From: an uncultured Methanosarcinales archaeon
GTDB taxonomy: Archaea; Nanobdellota; Nanobdellia; Woesearchaeales; DATDXC01
Direction of reading: 5' to 3'
Length of the DNA: 41,251 bases
Assembly: GCA_964447875.1 (NCBI GenBank)
Contig: CAYUUQ010000001.1
Location: forward strand, 1 to 41,251
Made by a program: the position numbers and the translations under genes. Positions 18,023 to 27,180 of this stretch are shown here, one piece after another. The notes under the pieces were generated by a model. That model made no database searches, was not told the origin of the DNA, and saw only the letters and a list, made by a program, of their open reading frames with translations. How positions within the stretch are numbered: position 1 is the stretch's first letter; each line of letters begins with the position of its first letter.

Positions 18023-19039
18023 ATGCGAAACAGATTTTTTTATAATTTGAGGTTGATATCTAAGAAAAAAGGATTGTTATTTAAATTGATTAGAAACTAT
18101 ATCAATTTAATTTTATTAAACCAAAGGGTCTTAAAGGCTGTTGAATTAGATCTCACATTTGATTGTCAACTTAATTGTCTACATTGTTACGCAAAAGGCA
18201 TCTCTAATAGAAAAAAGAGAAAGATAAATTTAGAAGAAATTAAAGATATCGTTGATCAGTGTGAGAAACTTGGAGCAATATATTTTTTATTGAGTGGTGG
18301 AGAATCACTACTTTCAAAACATATTTACGAAACAATAAAGTATATAAATAAGAAAAATTTATATTGTAGTTTAGTAACAAATGGTTTGGCTCTTAATTCT
18401 AAGGTCATAAAGAAGTTAAAATTTTTTGGTTTAGACAATATAATAATAAGTTTGGATAGCCCAATAAAAAATAAACATAATTATCGTAGAGGTTCTAGAA
18501 AGTCTTATGATAATATAATAAAAAATTTAAGATTATGTAAAAAAGAAGGATTGGAAGTTTTTACAAGTACCATAATAACTAGAGATAATCTCTATAATAA
18601 AGAAATTGGGGAAATAATAGAATTGGGGAAAAATCTAAATATTAAAAGTCAATTCTGTTTTTCTGTTGCATTAGGTAATTGGAAAAACAAAGATGTTTTA
18701 TTAAGAAAACATGATTGGGTTTATATAAAGTCTTTTTTAAAAAACTATGATGTCAGAACATGTGAAGAAGGGAATTACCTCAAATGGGGTTGTGCTGCTG
18801 GTTCTGAAAGAATAACTATAACCCCATATGGGGATGTAATGCCTTGTTGTTATATCCAAATGTCTTTTGGGAATATTCGGAAAGAAAAAATAAAAAAGAT
18901 TTGGAAAAGAATGACAAAGAACAAGTTCTTTAATGATGTTAACAACAAATATTGTCTACCTGCTTATGATAAACAATTTATAGAAAAAGTGATGACAAAA
19001 ATAAATAAATCAAAAGAAAAACCATTTAAATCTGAATAA
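18023..19039 (+). CDS. Radical SAM enzyme (twitch/SPASM-like C-terminus)
   Basis: LTFDCQLNCLHC (CxxxCxxC), LSGGESLL, CAAGSERITITPYGDVMPCC. Confidence 0.85.
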   Translation: MRNRFFYNLRLISKKKGLLFKLIRNYINLILLNQRVLKAVELDLTFDCQLNCLHCYAKGISNRKKRKINLEEIKDIVDQCEKLGAIYFLLSGGESLLSKHIYETIKYINKKNLYCSLVTNGLALNSKVIKKLKFFGLDNIIISLDSPIKNKHNYRRGSRKSYDNIIKNLRLCKKEGLEVFTSTIITRDNLYNKEIGEIIELGKNLNIKSQFCFSVALGNWKNKDVLLRKHDWVYIKSFLKNYDVRTCEEGNYLKWGCAAGSERITITPYGDVMPCCYIQMSFGNIRKEKIKKIWKRMTKNKFFNDVNNKYCLPAYDKQFIEKVMTKINKSKEKPFKSE

Positions 19040-19049
19040 AATTATAAAA

Positions 19050-20501
19050 ATGCAATCTACCTCTTCAAACAAAGAAAAAAAGTATGATATTGTTTTAATT
19101 TCTATACAAAGAGATTCTTTGTCTACAAATAGTAGAAAAAAAGATGGATTAAACAGGTTGCCCCCATTGGGTTTAATGTATCTTGGTTCTTATCTCAATA
19201 AAATGGGTTTTAAAACAAAGATATTAGATATACCTGTAAATCGATTAGATGAAATTATAAATTTTGTTAAGAAAAGTATTACTAGAATTCTTGGATTTAG
19301 TATAACTACTTCAACTTTTAAAATAACAAAAAGATTTTTAGAAGAAAATAAACAAGTATTTAGTAATAATATTATAATTCTCGGTGGTGTCCATGCTAGT
19401 TCTATGCCTGAAACTTGCTTCAAAGAAATAGAAAAAATGGATTTTTTAGTTTATGGGGAAGGTGAAAAAATATTATATAATTTATTAAAAGAACTAAATA
19501 AAATTAATTGTGAAAAAAAAGATCTTCATAAAATAAAAAAAGAGTTGAATAGTATTAATGGACTTTGTTATAGGATTAATGATAAAATAAATATAAATAA
19601 AAAGCCTAACTTAATAGAAAATTTAGATGATATTCCTTTTCCAAAAAGGGATAGATTAAGTAAGTATATTCCGCCACCCAATCAATATAAGAAATTGCCT
19701 GTGGCCCATATAATGGCTAGCAGAGGTTGTTCTTATAATTGTTCTTATTGTTTAATAGGTAGTATGTATTCTTCTACTAGGTATAGATCAGTAGAAAATG
19801 TTATCAAAGAAATAAATTATCTTTTAGGGCTGGGTGTTAAAGAAATACATATTTGGGATGATTGTTTCACTTCTAATTATTTATGGGTTAAAAAATTTTG
19901 TGAGAGAATTATAAAAGAGAATATTAAATTTTCTTGGAGCTGTTTTTCGAGAGTTGATACCATCGATGAAAAACTGCTAAGGTTAATAAAATCTGCTGGG
20001 TGTTGGTGCATATTTTATGGAATCGAATCTGCTAACAAAGATCAATTAAAGCTTATTAATAAAAATATATGCTTAAAAAGAGCAGAAGATATAATAAAGA
20101 TAACTAAAAATTTAGGAATTTGTACTAGGGTTTCTTTTATGCTTGGTCTTCCTGGAGAAAACATAAAAAAAGCTAAGAAAACTATTAATTTTGCTATTAA
20201 ACTAAACCCAGATTATATCCAGTTCTGTTATACGACACCATTTCCTGGAACACAGTTATACAAAAATTATCACAAATATGGAACATTAGAATCTAATTTC
20301 TCAAATTATAGCTTATGGGATCCTGTTTTTATTCCATTTGGATATAAAACAAAAAAAGATCTAATAAAGATTAAAAAATATGCATTTAGAAGATTTTACT
20401 TAAGACCGAGTTATATTTTAAATCAATTAAAATCTATAAAATCCTATGAAGATTTTATTAGGTTTGTTAAAGGATGTTTTTTCTTAATTAATTATTTATA
20501 A
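19050..20501 (+). CDS. Class B (cobalamin-binding domain) radical SAM enzyme
   Basis: LPPLGLMYLGSYL, IIILGGVHAS and LVYGEGE (B12-domain pattern), then ASRGCSYNCSYC. Confidence 0.85.
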   Translation: MQSTSSNKEKKYDIVLISIQRDSLSTNSRKKDGLNRLPPLGLMYLGSYLNKMGFKTKILDIPVNRLDEIINFVKKSITRILGFSITTSTFKITKRFLEENKQVFSNNIIILGGVHASSMPETCFKEIEKMDFLVYGEGEKILYNLLKELNKINCEKKDLHKIKKELNSINGLCYRINDKININKKPNLIENLDDIPFPKRDRLSKYIPPPNQYKKLPVAHIMASRGCSYNCSYCLIGSMYSSTRYRSVENVIKEINYLLGLGVKEIHIWDDCFTSNYLWVKKFCERIIKENIKFSWSCFSRVDTIDEKLLRLIKSAGCWCIFYGIESANKDQLKLINKNICLKRAEDIIKITKNLGICTRVSFMLGLPGENIKKAKKTINFAIKLNPDYIQFCYTTPFPGTQLYKNYHKYGTLESNFSNYSLWDPVFIPFGYKTKKDLIKIKKYAFRRFYLRPSYILNQLKSIKSYEDFIRFVKGCFFLINYL

Positions 20502-20509
20502 ATAGAAAA

Positions 20510-22144
20510 TTAAATATATTTTGTGTTATTTATATTTAAACAAGATATTATAGCTATTGATTTGTTTTCTGGTAAATTGATTTTTTCTAGAAAGTACTTT
20601 TCTGGTAACGTTCCATTAATTATGGTTATTCCATGATACACCTTTAATTCGTTATTCGGCCAGTAAGAGTGGGGGTCGCTTTCAACAAAATCTTTATTTA
20701 AGATTAGATGAGTAACATTGTACATATTACAGAAATTTCTAAAAGTGGAGGACTCATTTCCATAAACAAGATTAAAAAAATCATTCGTCATTTCCTTCAT
20801 TGTATTATGATAATATCTCATTTCAGGGTGGTAAGAATGAAAATTAAATATGATTTCTTGTTTATTAAATAGGGGTATAAATCTTATAAAGAGAGGATGT
20901 CCTGCAAATAATGATTCGTCTCCAAAACTTTTAATTTCTTTTAATTTGAGATTAATAGGGCACTTCTCAAAATCATGTTCAAAATATATTAGATAAAAAG
21001 GAATGAATAAAAGTAATATTATAACTAAAAAAATATGTATTTTTTTTCCGAACCTGGATACTAATCTCTCTAGATTCATAGAAAAGAAAAAGACTAAAAA
21101 AATAGGAAAGATTGCTTTGGTATAATAAAGTGGAAAAGCCAATATGCCCACAAATTTAATGATATTTACCAAATGTGAAAGAAAAAATAGTATAGTGGAT
21201 GATAAAAATAAAGCGAATAGTATTTGGGGAAGATTCCATGCTTTTTTATAAAATATTATTGAGAAAATAAATAAAGATAGTAACAAAATAAAAGTAAAGA
21301 TTACACTGTATGATGTTTCAAAAGAAAAAATACCGCTATAAAGAGTTTCTCCACGATAAGAACCTGATAGTCTAGAGAAAAAATCAGAGACGGTGCTGCC
21401 AAAGTAATAACGAGATCCACCAATATTGAATTCTGGCATATTTTGTGCCTCAGAAAAAGAGTAAGTTGTTTTGCCCATAAAATTAAGTGAAATAGGGATT
21501 AATAAAACAAAAGAAATTGAAATTAACAATAATAAGTTTAAAAAAAACTTTTTATTAAAAACAAACAAAGGCTTTTTTTTAGAAAACCTAAACATAGAAA
21601 AAAAGAGTGCACCTATAAATATAGAATTTAAAGGTGGATAAAATATCAAAGATAATGCAGTTAGAAAAAAACACCAAATAAACTTTCTATTGATAAATAG
21701 GTAGATAAAAAGTAAAATAAAAGGAAATTGAAATGCTCTAGGCAAAGCTCCACTAAAAAAATAAAATGTTGATGAATATAATAAGAAAGTAATTGATAAA
21801 AAGTATCCCAACCTACTATTCTTTAATTTTAGTCCTATTAAATATAAGATTACTACACAAAAAATAGAAAGAACAAAAGGCAATATTTTGGTCAGAACTA
21901 AAAATGGAATAAAAAAAGACAAAACATAGATAGTATATAGATAACCATAAGGAACAGCATATGCATATGTTAGTTGATTGATATCTTCTTCAAATAAACC
22001 ATATTTTAAATTATGAAAAACATATCCTACTGCAATAACATCATCTGAAACAGTATATTTGTCAAATCCTGGATAAAAAACAAATATATTAAAAAGAAGA
22101 GATAAGATTATAAGTATTAATATGGCCAGTTTTTTGCTATTCAT
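20510..22144 (-). CDS. Polytopic membrane protein, GT-C-like, with C-terminal soluble domain
   Basis: 544 aa. TM1 is followed by an acidic loop PGFDKYTVSDDV, then more than 10 hydrophobic helices. Co-directional with two upstream rSAM genes. Confidence 0.45.
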   Translation of the reverse strand: MNSKKLAILILIILSLLFNIFVFYPGFDKYTVSDDVIAVGYVFHNLKYGLFEEDINQLTYAYAVPYGYLYTIYVLSFFIPFLVLTKILPFVLSIFCVVILYLIGLKLKNSRLGYFLSITFLLYSSTFYFFSGALPRAFQFPFILLFIYLFINRKFIWCFFLTALSLIFYPPLNSIFIGALFFSMFRFSKKKPLFVFNKKFFLNLLLLISISFVLLIPISLNFMGKTTYSFSEAQNMPEFNIGGSRYYFGSTVSDFFSRLSGSYRGETLYSGIFSFETSYSVIFTFILLLSLFIFSIIFYKKAWNLPQILFALFLSSTILFFLSHLVNIIKFVGILAFPLYYTKAIFPIFLVFFFSMNLERLVSRFGKKIHIFLVIILLLFIPFYLIYFEHDFEKCPINLKLKEIKSFGDESLFAGHPLFIRFIPLFNKQEIIFNFHSYHPEMRYYHNTMKEMTNDFFNLVYGNESSTFRNFCNMYNVTHLILNKDFVESDPHSYWPNNELKVYHGITIINGTLPEKYFLEKINLPENKSIAIISCLNINNTKYI

Positions 22145-22164
22145 AGATGGGGTTTATTATTACT

Positions 22165-22172
22165 TATATAAA
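22165..22172 (-). promoter_or_regulatory. TATA-like box (TTTATATA on minus strand) upstream of the gene starting at 22144
   Basis: Plus strand reads tatataaa. The centre lies 24.5 nt upstream of the ATG at 22144, inside a 93-nt intergenic gap. Confidence 0.3.
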
Positions 22173-22237
22173 TAGTTTAGTAAAATGTACTTATCAGGGT
22201 CTGAAAAAGAACTATTATAAAATAATGCAATTTCAGA

Positions 22238-23284
22238 TCACCAGTTCATTATTAGATCTATAATTCTTCTAACTTTCATCATAGAATGTGGGAAGATAAA
22301 ACATCTTGAATCGCAATTAAGACAAAAATCAAAATTACCTGTTCTTCTTTTATAATCTAAGAATTTTTTAGACTTGAACACTTTTACAATATCTTTGTTT
22401 TTAATATCTAGTTTATCAACTACATAAGCATCACATGGCAAAGAAATGCAACCATCAGGCAGCAGATTTATAGAATATTTTAACACTTCACATTTTTTAT
22501 TAATGGCATCTTTTTTTTCTAAATGGTCCAAATAAAAACTAGTATTAGATATATTTCGGTATTTTCCCTTTAACTTTTTGACCATATTAACAAAAAAGGT
22601 TGGGTCTATTTTTCTAATATTTTTAGAGCCTTTAGATTGTGGTAATTTTATAGAAATTGGGCAATCGAACATATTAACAGGAGAAAATGTTATTTTACAC
22701 CCTATTTTTTGTGATAGCTTAGCTAATTTTTCCATTTGATCTAGTGAGTCTCTTGTTATTGTTGAGTTTATTGCTACATTAACACCTTTTTTTCTAGCGA
22801 GAATTATATTATTTATAATTTTTTTATATTTATCCTTAGTACCCCGTATTTCATCATGAAAATCCACGGAATCGACCGAAACTCTTAAGATATCTATATT
22901 TTTAATGAATGATTTTTTATTGAGATATTTATCTAACAAAGTTCCGTTTGTATTGATAATGTTAAAAAAACCAGATTTTTTTGAGAAAGTCAAAATTTCA
23001 ACTAAATCATTTCTTAATAATGGTTCACCACCAGTGAGATCAAAAATAGACATTCCTAACTTTGAGAATTGATAAATCAATAATTTGGCCTGGGAAGTAC
23101 TTAGCTCTTTATCTCTAGGAAAATATTTTTCTCCGTATTTATGTATATTACAAAAAGCACATTCCATATTGCACCTATATGTGGGTTTCCACTGAAGTAA
23201 GATTGGGGTAGTAATACCCACCATATTTTTTAAAATAGTGTATAATGTTTTAAAAGTTGATTTTGAAAAAGGCCTTATTATCAA
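22238..23284 (-). CDS. Radical SAM enzyme with Cys-rich C-terminal extension
   Basis: PTYRCNMECAFC (CxxxCxxC), LTGGEPLL, C-terminal CLNCDSRC. The ORF-track start is a TTG in a TTGA overlap with the upstream stop. An alternative ATG lies at 23224. Confidence 0.85.
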   Translation of the reverse strand: MIIRPFSKSTFKTLYTILKNMVGITTPILLQWKPTYRCNMECAFCNIHKYGEKYFPRDKELSTSQAKLLIYQFSKLGMSIFDLTGGEPLLRNDLVEILTFSKKSGFFNIINTNGTLLDKYLNKKSFIKNIDILRVSVDSVDFHDEIRGTKDKYKKIINNIILARKKGVNVAINSTITRDSLDQMEKLAKLSQKIGCKITFSPVNMFDCPISIKLPQSKGSKNIRKIDPTFFVNMVKKLKGKYRNISNTSFYLDHLEKKDAINKKCEVLKYSINLLPDGCISLPCDAYVVDKLDIKNKDIVKVFKSKKFLDYKRRTGNFDFCLNCDSRCFIFPHSMMKVRRIIDLIMNW

Positions 23285-24408
23285 TTTATGTACCTCTTGT
23301 ATTCATTTATTACTGTTGCTAAGTTGGTCATTAAATATTTTAGTGAAAACCTAATTTTTGGTTCAACTTGACAATTATCCCAACATTTTTTACATCTCTG
23401 AAGTTTTTTTCTTACTTTGTTAAATTTTTTAGAGTTCCATATTTCTCTGATACTATGGTCCCTAATATTCCCAGCAATCAATTTACTGCCATAACAAGGA
23501 TAGACATCCCCATAAGAATCCACTTCACAAACAATATTTCCCCCACTACATCCCCCCATTGGAAGATTTTTTCTATAAAAAGAAGGAATGCTGTTAAAAA
23601 ATATTTTTGACATGCTGTTTAGCTTATTTTTCCCCAGATAATTAACCAGACGTTTTAATTCATATTCTAATTGTTTAACTTCTGCCACAGTATTAAAATA
23701 AAGGGAGTTATTTTGCTTTAAATAGTAATTAAGAGGGTATAATTTTTGGATAGGAAGAAAGTTTATTGAACTGACTTTCAGTTTTTTAGCCAAAGAAGCT
23801 AAATCTATTAAATTTTTATAATTTCTCTTATTTATTACACAATTTATAGATATTGAGATTTTTGGATTTATTCTCTGAATTGATTTTATTGCATTCGATG
23901 CTTTATCAAATGCCCCTTTCATCCCCCTTAAAGAATCATGTATATTTGATTTAGGTGAATCTATGGATATTGTAAAATTTTTTAAACCTGAATTTTCAAG
24001 TTTTTGTATATACCTAGGTGTTAATTTAGAGGCATTTGTCGTTAATGCTGTTGGCAGACCAATTTTAGAAGCTTCTTTGATAATCTTTGGTAAAAACTCA
24101 ACTAATGTAGGTTCTCCCCCAGCTATGTGCAATAATTTTACTCCTAGTTTCTTAGAATCATAAATCAATTGTTTTACTTCATAAAAATCTAATTCCCTCT
24201 TTGAACTCTTAATCCTCCACATATCGCAAAATTGACAATGAAAATTACATTTTTTTGTAAGTTCGAGATAAACAAAAAGTGGTGCTTTTGGGGGTTTATT
24301 AAAAAGTAGATTAATGTATGTATTTAGATACAAAAAAAGATTATTTATCCATTGCCTCATTTTTATAGGCAAAGCACATAAATTTATAAATTTATGTATA
24401 ACATCCAT
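23281..24408 (-). CDS. Radical SAM enzyme with SPASM-like C-terminal domain
   Basis: LTKKCNFHCQFC (CxxxCxxC), IAGGEPTL, GGCSGGNIVCEVDSYGDVYPC and CKKCWDNC. The ORF track extends to 24519. That extension overlaps the N-terminus of the divergent pseudogene, so the ATG at 24408 (MDVIHKF) or 24360 is more plausible. Confidence 0.85.
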   Translation of the reverse strand: MDVIHKFINLCALPIKMRQWINNLFLYLNTYINLLFNKPPKAPLFVYLELTKKCNFHCQFCDMWRIKSSKRELDFYEVKQLIYDSKKLGVKLLHIAGGEPTLVEFLPKIIKEASKIGLPTALTTNASKLTPRYIQKLENSGLKNFTISIDSPKSNIHDSLRGMKGAFDKASNAIKSIQRINPKISISINCVINKRNYKNLIDLASLAKKLKVSSINFLPIQKLYPLNYYLKQNNSLYFNTVAEVKQLEYELKRLVNYLGKNKLNSMSKIFFNSIPSFYRKNLPMGGCSGGNIVCEVDSYGDVYPCYGSKLIAGNIRDHSIREIWNSKKFNKVRKKLQRCKKCWDNCQVEPKIRFSLKYLMTNLATVINEYKRYIN

Positions 24409-24454
24409 AATATGAAAGACATTATATTGGTATCTCAAGGTCTTGATTATTTTG

Positions 24455-25807
24455 TTGGAAAATCGAATAAATATAATAATATTGCAGTTTTCAGAAAATC
24501 TGAAGCATACCCCTCCCATTGGGTCTTTGTTATATTGGAAATGCTTTACTCAATGTAAAATATAAGGTAGGCATTATAGATTCTACATTAGAAGATTATA
24601 ATATAGCAAATATTGTAAACAAGATTATACGTGAAAAACCGAAGGTTATCGGTATAAGTGTTTCGAGTTTGTCTCTTCACTGGACATATATATTAATTCG
24701 GTTATTAAGAAAAAAGTGCAAAGCTAAAATTATTTTAGGTGGACCACACATAAGTTATGAACCATATTCATTTAATTACCTTAAAGCAGATTATGGTCTA
24801 AGGGGAGATAGTGAATTTGAATTTTTAAAACTTGTTGATCTTATACTTAGAAATAAAGGAGAAGAAGAAAATATTTCTGGTCTTTTAAGCACGAAAAAAG
24901 TAAAAAATAGTCAAATAAATATTATTGATGATCTTAATTCTATACCGTTACAATCTAGACAGTTATTGGATAATAATAAATATGTTTTCCCCCTTAATAC
25001 TGGAAAAGTTACTACAATAATCACTACAAGAGGTGCCCATTTAATTGTGTTTATTGTATATGTGGAAAAAGCAAATATAGAGAAAGATCTATAAAAAACA
25101 TAATTGAAGAATTGATGATTCTTAACAAAAGATTTGATTATATTGATTTTCAAGATGACTGTTTTACATTTAATAAAGAAAGAGTTAAAAAATTATGTTT
25201 TGAAATGATAAAGCAAAAATTCGTTTTCAAATGGGGTTGTGCAACAAGAATAACTCTTATTGATAAAAAATTATTAAAGATAATGAAAAAAGCTGGTTGT
25301 GAAAATATACGTTTTGGAATTGAATCTGGCTCTAAAAAAATTAGGTGTATGACTGGTAAATCTATTGATTACAATTTATTAGATAAAAACCTTAAGATGG
25401 TAAAAAAAGAGGGTATTCGTTGTGTTGGTTTTTTTATCTTGGGGCTTCCTAAAGAAAAGAAAAAAGATATTAAAATGACTTTATCCATTATAAAAAAATT
25501 AGATTTGGATTATATAGAAGTTGGTTTGCCCTTACCCATAGCTGGTTCTGATCTCTTTAAAATGATGATTAAAGATGGAAAAGTTAAAAAAAGTTATTGG
25601 AAAGATATTTGCCATGGAAAAAGACAGATTGAATATTACATATCCAATAATTTAAGTTTTAATTATCTTAAAAGTATGCAAAATAAGGCGTATCTAACAT
25701 TTTATTTTAGACCAAAGATAATAATCAGTAATTTATTGGAAATCAGATCTTTAAAAGATTTGATTCTTAAGTTTAGTATTGCATATGAAATTCTAAAGAA
25801 TAATTAG
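24455..25807 (+). pseudogene. Class B radical SAM gene disrupted by two frameshifts (ORF-track pieces 24519..25094 and 25112..25807)
   Basis: Frame A (24455-24523) reads (TTG)MENRINIIILQFSENLKHTPPIG. Frame B continues LCYIGNALL...ILGGPHIS...TTRG and stops at 25092-25094. Frame A resumes at 25034 with CPFNCVYC (CxxxCxxC) and runs uninterrupted into the 25112 ORF. The second junction splits TTRG|CPFNCVYC exactly. Confidence 0.75.
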
Positions 25808-25815
25808 CTCAAAGG

Positions 25816-27180
25816 TCAATCACAAATATAAATATCTTTTATTTCTGTTTCATTACAGTTATTCCTAAGCCAAGTAATTGTAGAATTATTGAAATAATAT
25901 AAATCATTATTTTTGATTTCACCATTATAAATAAACCAGTTCCTACCCTCTGCACTATTGCTTATTTTACCTGGATCTGAAAAATCATAAAAAGTAAAAT
26001 TCTTGTATTTTAGATTTGAATGATACTCTATTTCAAAAGCTTTGAAACCATCTACATATAACACATCTCCCTCTTTAAAGTTGGATTCAATATAGTTTAT
26101 ATAACTTATATCGTGTTTTTTAGCATAAACATCAGATATTCCAATTGTACTGAGTATTATAATAATAAGGATAATTACATGTTTAATATTAACAGAAATA
26201 GTATGAAGATATTTAGAGAAATAAAGAAGATAAAATGGTAATAGGAATATTATTTGATAATGTCTTATATTTATAAAAAAAGATAAGATAAAAAATAAGA
26301 TAGGCAAAAAGATAAAAAGTAGATTGGATAGTAAATTTTTATCTTTAGTTCGTATGTAAATAAAATAGAATAAAGCAAGCATAAGGACCCCGAACCATTT
26401 TATGCCGCCTATAACAATATGATAAAATAAATTGAATATTGTGTTTGTGTTTGGTGGAAATAACATATCGTGCCAAGGTTCATTATAGGGAAAATCGAAA
26501 AGACCATATTTTATTGTTAATAGTAATTGAGGTATAAAGGTACAACCGACTATCAAGAAAATAAAAGAAACTTTTTTAATCTTGCACCTACAATGGGGAT
26601 TAAACAATAGATATAAAAACTCAACGAAAAAAAGAAACATACTATAAAAATGTGTTTGTGCTAGGAAAAAAGAAGATGCTAATAAAAATATCCAATTTTT
26701 TTTGGTTCCATCTTTTAAGAATCTTATAAAGGTATAAAAATTGATTATTGATAAAAAAATAAAAAGTGAATATTTGTCTACTATACGAGAATAATCTATC
26801 AATATAGGGCATATTGCAAGAAAAAAAGCACTTAAATTTGCGACTTTTTGATTAAACATAAACTTAGCAAGTTTATGAATCATAAAAATCGATAACAAAC
26901 CGAAGATTATGGGTAAGATTCTCGAAGAAACTGAACCTATCCCAAAAGATATGTTCCAAAAATGTAATATAAAAAACCAAAGTGGTGGATGAGGGACACC
27001 TGTTCTTATAAAATTATAACTTATTGGCCGGGAAGATACATCCAAAATACTTAATTCTTCTTCGTTCAAATTCTTTTCTGATAAATTAAAAAAAGCCAAA
27101 CTTAAAAAGATGAGCATACTGAAAATAATAAATAAGTATTTCTTAAAAATTCTGAATTTATATTGTTTAAGATTTAACAT
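25816..27180 (-). CDS. Polytopic membrane protein, GT-C fold glycosyltransferase-like (PMT_2/ArnT-like)
   Basis: 454 aa. An acidic first loop (SEKNLNEEELSILD) is followed by GVPHPPLWFF and many TM helices. The start overlaps the upstream rSAM stop by 7 nt. Confidence 0.6.
   Translation of the reverse strand: MLNLKQYKFRIFKKYLFIIFSMLIFLSLAFFNLSEKNLNEEELSILDVSSRPISYNFIRTGVPHPPLWFFILHFWNISFGIGSVSSRILPIIFGLLSIFMIHKLAKFMFNQKVANLSAFFLAICPILIDYSRIVDKYSLFIFLSIINFYTFIRFLKDGTKKNWIFLLASSFFLAQTHFYSMFLFFVEFLYLLFNPHCRCKIKKVSFIFLIVGCTFIPQLLLTIKYGLFDFPYNEPWHDMLFPPNTNTIFNLFYHIVIGGIKWFGVLMLALFYFIYIRTKDKNLLSNLLFIFLPILFFILSFFINIRHYQIIFLLPFYLLYFSKYLHTISVNIKHVIILIIIILSTIGISDVYAKKHDISYINYIESNFKEGDVLYVDGFKAFEIEYHSNLKYKNFTFYDFSDPGKISNSAEGRNWFIYNGEIKNNDLYYFNNSTITWLRNNCNETEIKDIYICD

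Noticed and set aside
24519-25807. The two ORF-track pieces 24519..25094 and 25112..25807 treated as independent genes.
   Set aside because: Both 'starts' are TTG codons chosen by the ORF caller. Piece 1 ends just after TTRG, and the other frame continues CPFNCVYC from 25034. Together they make one class B rSAM, so they are fragments of a frameshifted gene.
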